Shown: in pieces, positions 19,403 through 26,953 of the stretch
Position numbering within the stretch: position 1 is the first letter of the stretch
Layout of the letters: every line of letters begins with the position of its first letter
Assembly (NCBI GenBank): GCA_964434285.1
Contig: CAYSUJ010000001.1
Location: 304,564-368,563, forward strand
Reading direction: 5' to 3'
Source: an uncultured Candidatus Saccharibacteria bacterium
Lineage (GTDB): Bacteria; Patescibacteriota; Minisyncoccia; Phycocordibacterales; UBA2100
Length of the DNA stretch: 64,000 nucleotides
Translations under genes and position numbers: made by a program
The notes under the pieces: model-generated
Seen by the model: the letters and a program-made list of their open reading frames with translations, nothing else
What the model was told of the DNA's origin: nothing
The model's database searches: none

Positions 19403-22400
19403 CCATGGAAAATCCATTCCTAAAGCGCATCGAAGACCATTTGGATAGAATGCGCCAAGTCACCGCAAAAAACATGCTATCACAGGCACCAGCTGCAGAA
19501 GTGAAGCCTGTACGGCCCACGAACCCTCTTTTTGCAAATGCTCGCCCGCGCTCAATACACGAACCAACTCCTATAGAAGCGGCTGGGTTAGCTCATGCAC
19601 GAGAACAAGTCCAAAGCGCTCTCGAGAGCATTGCTCAAGATCCTCATTTTGTCGCTGAAGCTCTTGATCGTGCCCGCGCGACAATCGGTGTTCTTCCGAA
19701 GGATGATACTTTCAACGCAACCCAATTTGAGCAATATGGTAAACAACTCTCAGAGTTCCTCGCGACAAGCGATACCTCAAGTGAGGAAAAGAAAGTAATG
19801 GTTGAAGAGTGCGTTGCAGCAATCGCGACCGGGCAAGGCCTCGATTCTTTGCCCGATAACCTTGCAGCTCGATTCTTAAGCTCGCAAGGCGCGCTCACGA
19901 AGGAGGTGCTCCGGGCAGAAATGACACTTGAGGCACAGGATGAGATAACGAAACCTAATCCGCACGCGTACGCGGCGCGAGCTGCGCTAGTGTTTGGTGC
20001 CGCAGCGGGGAGTCTTCTTCTTGAGGTGGGCACGACGAAAACTGCGCTCATTCAGCTTATTGATATCTACGATCCGCCTGGAATAAAACAACTCGCATCT
20101 TTAATCGCGTCTCAGCTTGAATCATTCGGCTACGACAAACTTTCATCCGTATCCGCAGCTCGTCTCGGAGTTGCTTCGACCATCGCAGGAGGTATCGGAG
20201 GAACTCTCCTCGCAACAAAAGGTCTTAAAAAGTTAGGTCCGAAGGGGAAGGCGGCGATGTACACATCTCTTGGCGCTTCTCTCGGTCTAGGCTATCTCGC
20301 TCTTCAAAATTTCGTCGCCGATAACGCCGCTGTCGCTGAAATGGGGAAAGTGATATCAAGTGAATACAAGCCCATTGCTGAACAAGGACTCTCGGCGAAA
20401 GAAAAGCGACTTGCTGCTATCGAGAAAGCAAAACAGGCAGTGCTCGCTACCCTCGAGCAAGAGAGGAACCGCCCGGGCGCCACGGGATACGGGCACTTTG
20501 CAGCGTTTCTTGATCAGGGCCTCTCAGGAAAATACGATGCAGGCTCGTTTAAATCAGGCGCACCCCAAAAACACGCCGCACTCCAGGAATCGCTTAAGAA
20601 CTTGCGAGTAAAATATTTCCGCTCCGATGCCTTGGGCAACGGTTTGTTATCACTCCTAACTGGTGTGGATAATATTGATCTCACTACTGCCCCAGAAAGC
20701 GCCAAAGCTTTGGTAGCTATTGGTGAGGCCGCGGGGCAAACTAATTTATGGAGTGGGCTTGGGAAAGTTTTAAATCCCGTTGGAGGTGTCACGACACCAA
20801 CTGCCATGTACCAACAAGCCTCGTCTGTAACAGAAGCTTTTCGCGTAATGTTGAAGGCAGATCAAGAAAAAATGAATCGTGTTGCTAGTGGTGCCTCGGA
20901 TTGGCTTGATACCATGATTAAGGCTGCGGGAACTCAAGGAGCGGATGCAAAGCTAATTGCCTCGTTGCGCGATCTCAAGGCAACACTGGGTGCAAACCTC
21001 CGACCACTCGACGCGAGCGAAGGGACGATTACGGCGGCACTCGGAAAGTTGCCCAAACCGACGGGCAAATGGGTCGTCAGAGTTGGAGACACGGAGTTCG
21101 CGCAAATGCAAAAGACACTTGAAGGTACATTCTTCCAAACCGTTTTTGGGTTTGACCTTGTTAAGGACGATTCGTATAGAGCCTTTTACCGCGGCGGAAT
21201 CATCGGACTCCTGTTACTCTTCTTCCTGACTATTAACTACGGCTCCAAGCTCGGGACGAATGCACTATATAAACGTCGTGAGAATGAATTTGAAGGATCC
21301 TTGCAAGATGGAAGTAACGAGCTGAATGAAAAAGAAAGCACGCTTGCCTCAGGAATCGCGCGCTTTCTATTCGAAGCAAACAAGGAATTCGTTACTGCAT
21401 CACGATCACCTGAGTTGGCCGCGGTATTACCCGAGTCCGTTCTAACCATGTACGTACGTAGACGGTTGCGCGAGATGTTTTTAGAGGAACAACAAGCTGA
21501 ATCGCCTGACGACCTTGTGAGCAAGAATGATTCGTGGTCATGGCTTGTTCACGGGATCGTCTTCACTCGGACCCCTGACGATGTGCGCACATTTCTAGCA
21601 TACGCTAATTGGCTTGAAAAATTGACGAAAGACCTCGATACATCAAAAGGTGGTGAAAAACTTCAAGCGGTTGTCGGCGCCATATTCCCATCCTTTGATG
21701 CAGTCGTAAAAGCACGGCACGAATCCCAAAAACCGGGCGTAGATAAACCCGAAAAAATACGAGCGTTTAAGAACGAGCTACGAAAGTTACGCAAACAACA
21801 ACTTGAGAGCCTATATATTGCGCTCTCGGATCGCATCAAGGTGATTGAAAGCACTGAAAGCGCAACAGCTGAGAAACCACTGCGAGGAACCCCTCGACTG
21901 CGGCTCGATATCGACAACACCCGAACGATCGTGGAACCAGAACTCGTAATGCGAGCACTTTCTCACAGCCAGCACTCAAGTGAGTTAGAAGAAATTAGCG
22001 AAACATTACGCTATATCGAAAGCTTGGGCATTAAGCCTGACGCGAGCACTCGAGATGATCTCCGCATTGGACGATTCGATCTCGGACCTGTATTTGCCAT
22101 CCGCAATGAACTCCAGAGAATACGAGTGGCGAGTGCACTGGGAATTCCGGACGCAACTGGACAAAAGGAGGATTTTGAGCGATTTGATGCATATATGGCA
22201 GAAATCGCTGTATCTCTCAGAGAAGCGCGCGATGCGTCGCTTAAACAAGAAGCACTCCTCAGCCCGTATACGCCTGTTTTTGATTGGGAAGAGGGCGCAA
22301 AAGGCAAATTTACCGTACGAATCAGTCTGCACCCCGATACTGAGAGAATTGAAGATCCCGTGGCATCAATCACCTTCCCGGGCACAATACCCGATTTCGC

Positions 22401-22989
22401 AAAACCCGACCCTGCAGTTGCATCAGAGACATTAAGGGAGTGGCTCAAGCCGGGTAGCGATGCGGTACGCGGGCTGGTAGCACAAGAACGAAATACCCAT
22501 ATTAAAAAAGAAATTTCGTCACGACTCGCGACGTTGCGAAAGAAGAATAATGGCTCTCCTTCCATGCGAATCGTCGAATCATCAAGACCCATAGTTCTCG
22601 AAGCCGAAGCTATCTCAATTCAACAAGAGCTCGTTGTACTTCAAGAAATCGCCCGCGAACAGGAGTCTTCGATTCCTCTGGCAAAGCGAGGACTCCCCAT
22701 CCCAGAAGATAAGTATCGCGCGTTTATCGATCCAAACGAGTACACCAGCAACGCTCGAACGCTGGCACAGCTACCGGAACGATTCGGGGATCTACAGTCG
22801 CGTGAATGGCCTGATCGCACGTCCATCACATATAACCCAAATCTACGATCATTTGAAGTGCATATTCAAAAACAAAGGCAATTTACACCAGCAACTTCGG
22901 ACGGCATGAAAAGTACATTACCCCTTACATACACCACAAGAGATGTTGAAGACCTTCTCGGTAAGTATGGTTCACTACAGGAGAAATAG
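19399..22989 (+). CDS. giant hypothetical protein (1196 aa) with about four hydrophobic segments
   Basis: Translationally coupled to the upstream ORF. Hydrophobic stretches include AALVFGAAAGSLLL, GVASTIAGGIGGTLLA, LGASLGLGYLALQNFVA and GGIIGLLLLFFLTINYG. No known domain recognised. Confidence 0.6.
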   Translation: MTMENPFLKRIEDHLDRMRQVTAKNMLSQAPAAEVKPVRPTNPLFANARPRSIHEPTPIEAAGLAHAREQVQSALESIAQDPHFVAEALDRARATIGVLPKDDTFNATQFEQYGKQLSEFLATSDTSSEEKKVMVEECVAAIATGQGLDSLPDNLAARFLSSQGALTKEVLRAEMTLEAQDEITKPNPHAYAARAALVFGAAAGSLLLEVGTTKTALIQLIDIYDPPGIKQLASLIASQLESFGYDKLSSVSAARLGVASTIAGGIGGTLLATKGLKKLGPKGKAAMYTSLGASLGLGYLALQNFVADNAAVAEMGKVISSEYKPIAEQGLSAKEKRLAAIEKAKQAVLATLEQERNRPGATGYGHFAAFLDQGLSGKYDAGSFKSGAPQKHAALQESLKNLRVKYFRSDALGNGLLSLLTGVDNIDLTTAPESAKALVAIGEAAGQTNLWSGLGKVLNPVGGVTTPTAMYQQASSVTEAFRVMLKADQEKMNRVASGASDWLDTMIKAAGTQGADAKLIASLRDLKATLGANLRPLDASEGTITAALGKLPKPTGKWVVRVGDTEFAQMQKTLEGTFFQTVFGFDLVKDDSYRAFYRGGIIGLLLLFFLTINYGSKLGTNALYKRRENEFEGSLQDGSNELNEKESTLASGIARFLFEANKEFVTASRSPELAAVLPESVLTMYVRRRLREMFLEEQQAESPDDLVSKNDSWSWLVHGIVFTRTPDDVRTFLAYANWLEKLTKDLDTSKGGEKLQAVVGAIFPSFDAVVKARHESQKPGVDKPEKIRAFKNELRKLRKQQLESLYIALSDRIKVIESTESATAEKPLRGTPRLRLDIDNTRTIVEPELVMRALSHSQHSSELEEISETLRYIESLGIKPDASTRDDLRIGRFDLGPVFAIRNELQRIRVASALGIPDATGQKEDFERFDAYMAEIAVSLREARDASLKQEALLSPYTPVFDWEEGAKGKFTVRISLHPDTERIEDPVASITFPGTIPDFAKPDPAVASETLREWLKPGSDAVRGLVAQERNTHIKKEISSRLATLRKKNNGSPSMRIVESSRPIVLEAEAISIQQELVVLQEIAREQESSIPLAKRGLPIPEDKYRAFIDPNEYTSNARTLAQLPERFGDLQSREWPDRTSITYNPNLRSFEVHIQKQRQFTPATSDGMKSTLPLTYTTRDVEDLLGKYGSLQEK

Positions 22990-23000
22990 CCTCACAAACA

Positions 23001-23033
23001 AACAACGGCATCGTGCCGTTGTTGTTGATTATT
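23001..23033 (+). terminator. intrinsic terminator after the 1196-aa gene
   Basis: aacaacggca-tcg-tgccgttgtt followed by gttgattatt. Confidence 0.55.
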
Positions 23034-23234
23034 CTACCCGCTCCCAAAGAGTGCAAACAAAATAACACCGAAGACTACGGCAATCCAAGCAAAAGTGATG
23101 ACCCTACCTATGACACCTACTAAGTGCCGTGCTTTTTGCACGTCGCGCTGCTGTACCATTTGATGACTCCGTTTCTCCGGGGCGGGAACTTCTTTGTACA
23201 TCCTAGTTGCTACAACCCCACTGTCAACTACCAT
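23034..23234 (-). CDS. possible small membrane protein (66 aa)
   Basis: C-terminal hydrophobic helix IAVVFGVILFALF; overlaps the rnc stop by 7 nt; weak support. Confidence 0.2.
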   Translation of the reverse strand: MVVDSGVVATRMYKEVPAPEKRSHQMVQQRDVQKARHLVGVIGRVITFAWIAVVFGVILFALFGSG

Positions 23235-23914
23235 CCCCGTGTCGCAAGTGCCTTACCCGCCGCATCCTGTTCTGCCTCTTGTTTGGACTTTCCTTCGCCT
23301 AATGCTTGCTTCTCTTTGCCGAGAAAGACTGCAACCACAAATCGCTTGTCGTGATCGGGACCGCTTTGGTCACTCAACTCGTACGTAGGAGTGACTCCGA
23401 TTTTGTCTTGCGCCACTTCCTGCAACCGACTCTTCGCATCTTGCCAGAGACGCTTCTCGACAACCTCATCGGTTTTATGGAAGAGCTGAGCCTCAATAAA
23501 TGCGTATGATGCCTCATAGCCCTGATCGAGATAGATGGCACCAATCACCGCCTCAAAAGCGTTTGCAAGAATAATCTGGCGGGCGCGCCCAGTATCTTTT
23601 GCCTCACCACGCGAGAGAAGGAGAAAATCGTTCATGCCGAGCTTTGTCGCAGCATCAGAAATTGATTGCGTATTCACAAGAGCGGCGCGAAGTGAGGTGA
23701 GCTCACCCTCTGGTTTCTGCGGATATTTCTTATACAGAAACTCCGTCACAACGAGCTCCAACACCGCATCGCCCAAAAATTCCAAGCGCTCATTATGCTC
23801 GCGCCCCGGGGCACGATTTTCATTGAGGTAGGATCTATGGGTAAACGCTGTCTCTAACAATCGCTTATCCTTAAATCCAACACTGATTTTTTGTTCAAAT
23901 GGACCAAAGTCCAT
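23228..23914 (-). CDS. rnc: ribonuclease III
   Basis: ERLEFLGDAVLELVVTEFLY catalytic signature plus a C-terminal dsRBD. Confidence 0.9.
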   Translation of the reverse strand: MDFGPFEQKISVGFKDKRLLETAFTHRSYLNENRAPGREHNERLEFLGDAVLELVVTEFLYKKYPQKPEGELTSLRAALVNTQSISDAATKLGMNDFLLLSRGEAKDTGRARQIILANAFEAVIGAIYLDQGYEASYAFIEAQLFHKTDEVVEKRLWQDAKSRLQEVAQDKIGVTPTYELSDQSGPDHDKRFVVAVFLGKEKQALGEGKSKQEAEQDAAGKALATRGW

Positions 23915-23929
23915 GGCGGTACCTTACTA

Positions 23930-24847
23930 TTATTTTGCTTTCTGCGCCAGCACATTAATGGCAGGAATAATGATTTTCAGCGTATCGTCGTAAAAATTTA
24001 AAGAACCCACCTGCGAGAGCGGGAACCATTGCGCGTCGTCGAGACCACCAGATGAGCCGAGTGTGATATCTGCAAAGGGAGACTCTGCAAGGAAGTAGGT
24101 GACGCGTTTGCGCTTTTTCCCCCCTTTGATTTCCGAGTCATTCGCCGTGTATTCATTCACACCAAGTTGTTGCTTGATTTCGATATCAAGTCCAAGCTCT
24201 TCTTTAATTGCGCGTCTCGTTCCCTCTTCAAGCGATTCGCCTTCTCGAATCTTTCCCTTCGATATCGTCCAGTGACCAAAAATGTCGTGCACAAACGCAA
24301 GGTACGTCTCCCCTTCATGCTTCGCGAAGACAACCGCACCCGCGAGATGCTCGACTGGCATCTTGCCAATGCCCTGCCCGCCAGGGCCGGACTTACGCGC
24401 ACTTCCCTCATTTTTTCCCGGTTCCCCGAGCTCAATATAAACGGCGCCGAGGACGCCGTTTATAAAGCGCCCCGAAGAGTTTGATCCGAAATTTTTTGCG
24501 AGCTCAATGGCCTCATTGATGGCGACCTTGGCCGGCACCTGCGTTCTGTCAGCAAAAAGAAGTTCGCAGAGTCCGAGGCGGAGAATGTTGCGGTCTATCG
24601 CAGCTATTTTTTCGAGCGGCCATTCGGGTGCCGCTTTTTCTATCACAGTATCGATCTCTTTCTGTTTCGCAATGACGGTCTTCAGTAATTCCGTCATGAA
24701 GGGCATGTCGTTGTCTCGAGCACCAAATTCTTTTGAGTACTCGGCGAGCCGCTGCGAACCCTCTTCGAGATTCATTGCATTTTGAGCGGAGTCTCTTTCA
24801 AAGAGAACCTGAAGAACAACCGAGCGTGCGAGGTGGCGATTGGCCAT
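23930..24847 (-). CDS. nusB: NusB antitermination factor fused to a C-terminal Nudix hydrolase domain
   Basis: N-terminal 145 aa NusB (RHLARSVVLQVLFE...VAINEAIELAKNFG...FINGVLG). A Gly-rich linker leads to a Nudix box GKIREGESLEEGTRRAIKEELGL. Confidence 0.75.
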   Translation of the reverse strand: MANRHLARSVVLQVLFERDSAQNAMNLEEGSQRLAEYSKEFGARDNDMPFMTELLKTVIAKQKEIDTVIEKAAPEWPLEKIAAIDRNILRLGLCELLFADRTQVPAKVAINEAIELAKNFGSNSSGRFINGVLGAVYIELGEPGKNEGSARKSGPGGQGIGKMPVEHLAGAVVFAKHEGETYLAFVHDIFGHWTISKGKIREGESLEEGTRRAIKEELGLDIEIKQQLGVNEYTANDSEIKGGKKRKRVTYFLAESPFADITLGSSGGLDDAQWFPLSQVGSLNFYDDTLKIIIPAINVLAQKAK

Positions 24848-24858
24848 ACGCTAGTGAG

Positions 24859-24888
24859 CCATAAAGAACAAAGAGCCCATATGGGCTC
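24859..24888 (-). terminator. terminator hairpin after rpmF (perfect palindrome tgagcccatatgggctca)
   Basis: The stem-loop is followed on the - strand by UUUGUUCUUUAUGG. Confidence 0.5.
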
Positions 24889-24916
24889 ATCGTACCACGT
24901 AGTGCGCAAGGCAAAC

Positions 24917-25180
24917 CTACTCGGCTGTGGATTCCTTGGGTGTTGCCTGACCACTTGCCTTCAGTGCCTTTTCGCGGCGCTTCATGCGACGCGCCGTGCG
25001 CTTTGCACGAGCTTCGACGTCAATAACCTGCTTACCGCGGTACATACCCGTGATCGGATTTGCGCGATGACTGAGAAATGAGTTCCCCGCCGCATCCTTG
25101 GAGATATGCGTGGAAGACAAAGCGTGGTGACTTCGGCGTTTTGCTGTTTGCGACCGGTTTCGGCGCATTCGGACTACCAT
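24917..25180 (-). CDS. rpmF: 50S ribosomal protein L32. The likely start is the ATG at 25180; the ORF track extends to 25243
   Basis: RRSHHAL and GMYRGKQVI match the L32 signatures RRSHDAL and GYYRGRKVI; C-terminal basic extension; TATAAT and RBS upstream. Confidence 0.7.
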   Translation of the reverse strand: MVVRMRRNRSQTAKRRSHHALSSTHISKDAAGNSFLSHRANPITGMYRGKQVIDVEARAKRTARRMKRREKALKASGQATPKESTAE

Positions 25181-25243
25181 GGAGCCATTATAACCTAAAA
25201 CATCCCCAAAGCAAACGGCGGCCTTGGGGGCCGCCGAGTTCAC

Positions 25244-25498
25244 CTACGAGCGAGAAACGCTGGAATTCACCACCCTCTCCCGTACCCTGAGTGCCAAATC
25301 GCCCCCACTGTATTTTGAGAGGAAATGGCTTGCGCCATTACAAAGCTCACCTTTGCCAATTTGGCAGAAACCACCAGCACCCTTTTTGGTTTTAGCGTTT
25401 CGACTGCAAAAGGCGCAGATCGCTGGCTGAACCTCGCTTGGCGACATAACCTCGCCGAACGTGCTTCTCAGCTTTCTGACAACACATTTGTTATTCAC
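25244..25498 (-). CDS. hypothetical Cys-containing small protein upstream of rpmF (possibly a DUF177/YceD remnant)
   Basis: 84 aa with CxxC-like spacing (CAFC...C...C). This position is often occupied by yceD. Weak. Confidence 0.2.
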   Translation of the reverse strand: MNNKCVVRKLRSTFGEVMSPSEVQPAICAFCSRNAKTKKGAGGFCQIGKGELCNGASHFLSKYSGGDLALRVRERVVNSSVSRS

Positions 25499-25555
25499 AA
25501 TACCCTCCGCGGATTAGTGTTGCAGACTCCACCCTACACCCATATTAGCCCCTAA

Positions 25556-26158
25556 TCAAGCGTAGGCTGTCAAGAACGTTTTGCGGTGTATGAGGGGTAG
25601 TAGGCCATGCTGTCGGATAGCCAGCGTGTGGGCAGCAGTGCCATATCCCTTATGCTGCGCGAAGCCGTATCGGTTATGCGCCTCGGAGAGCTCCTCCATA
25701 TGCATGTCGCGCGTCACCTTCGCAATCATCGAAGCGAACGATATGGCGGGAATCGTCTCGTCGCCGCGGACGAATGATTCCTGCTCCCACTCCGATGAAA
25801 CTGAAAGCCCCGCGTCCAAGAGCACCTTCACACGCGCGGGACCAATACCCAGCCGCTGCACCGCTATCGCCGCAGCCTCGCGCGCCGCGTTCGCGATACC
25901 AATCATATCGATGACTTCTGCCTCGACGAGTGCATGCGCGTGGCGCAAGCGCCCATGATTCACTATGGCGCTATACAACACCTGTCGCTGTTGCGCAGAA
26001 AGTTGTTTTGAATCGCGAAGTTTGGGCACGCCGCGCTTGGTGATAAGTGCGAACACTTCACACCAGTCGAAATCTGCTGGATAGAGAACGGCACCGACAC
26101 ACACAGGACCGGCGAGTGCACCCCGCCCAGCCTCATCAACGCCGATGTACCACTGCAC
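25556..26158 (-). CDS. rnhB: ribonuclease HII. The ORF track extends to a TTG at 26206; the likely start is nearer VQWYIGVDEAGRG
   Basis: IGVDEAGRGALAGPV active-site motif; RNase H fold length. Confidence 0.85.
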   Translation of the reverse strand: MQWYIGVDEAGRGALAGPVCVGAVLYPADFDWCEVFALITKRGVPKLRDSKQLSAQQRQVLYSAIVNHGRLRHAHALVEAEVIDMIGIANAAREAAAIAVQRLGIGPARVKVLLDAGLSVSSEWEQESFVRGDETIPAISFASMIAKVTRDMHMEELSEAHNRYGFAQHKGYGTAAHTLAIRQHGLLPLIHRKTFLTAYA

Positions 26159-26205
26159 CTCCCAACAATAGCAACGGGAAGCACCCCATGACTGAGAAAT
26201 CCCCA

Positions 26206-26921
26206 ACCATGTAGGACACGCCGTGTCCTACATTTCGATCCTTATACTCTCCTCTGTAAGTGAAGGCGTATTGATCAGGGCTGCAATTTCGATGCGTTGG
26301 TTTTTTGCGCTCCCTAGGAGCGCTTTTAGAACACGATTATCGATGACTGAAGGGAAATTTCTCTCACCCATATAATCAAGATAACTACTCCATCGATACT
26401 CATGGAGGTACGCAAGAGCATCCGACACCTTTTTTACATTTCCCTGTCTCCATTCGGGCATCGAAAAATCCAGTGGGTTAAGGTGTATGTAGTATGGTAT
26501 GTAGTTGAAATGCGCATCGCGCTGAAGGTGTATTTTTTTAAAGACACCCTGCCAAAGCACGCCACTACGCGAATACTTTTCGTTGAAATATTTTGCATAT
26601 CCCATGCCTAACTTTTGAGCAAAACGAGAAACATACACCGCATCGTCATCGACCGGAGAAAGAAGGAGGTGGTAATGATTGTCCATCAGACACCATGCAT
26701 GAATGTGCACGAGGCGTTTATGATTTCTATCTCTACGCTCTCGCACATGTCTATGGGCCACTATTTTCTGATTATTAAGTTCATACAAGTCGCTTACGAA
26801 TCGAGCCCGATCCCCATCGTCGAGCACAATTTTTCTTTTTTCTACGCCCCTGTTGAGAATGTGATAAAAATCCATGATTCACTTAACTGTACCATGTAGG
26901 ACACGCCGTGTCCTACATGGT
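26206..26921. mobile_element. IS200/IS605-like (RAYT-like) unit: a Y1 HUH transposase gene bounded by identical perfect palindromes
   Basis: accatgtaggacacgccgtgtcctacat at 26206-26233 and the same sequence extended to a 31-bp palindrome at 26891-26921. The tnp stop codon lies inside the left palindrome. Confidence 0.7.
26228..26875 (-). CDS. Y1 (HUH) tyrosine transposase, IS200/RAYT family
   Basis: FYHILNRG N-terminus, HUH motif HAWCLMDNHYHLLL, and a downstream Tyr-containing YRWSSY region; 215 aa. Confidence 0.75.
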   Translation of the reverse strand: MDFYHILNRGVEKRKIVLDDGDRARFVSDLYELNNQKIVAHRHVRERRDRNHKRLVHIHAWCLMDNHYHLLLSPVDDDAVYVSRFAQKLGMGYAKYFNEKYSRSGVLWQGVFKKIHLQRDAHFNYIPYYIHLNPLDFSMPEWRQGNVKKVSDALAYLHEYRWSSYLDYMGERNFPSVIDNRVLKALLGSAKNQRIEIAALINTPSLTEESIRIEM

Positions 26922-26953
26922 CGAGGCAAGCGCCGCCTTATATAATCCTCGAC

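Noticed and set aside
24917-25243. Initial call of this ORF as L28, L34 or L31
   Set aside because: Alignment by eye fits L32 best (RRSHxAL and GxYRGxxVI motifs), so it is reported as rpmF.
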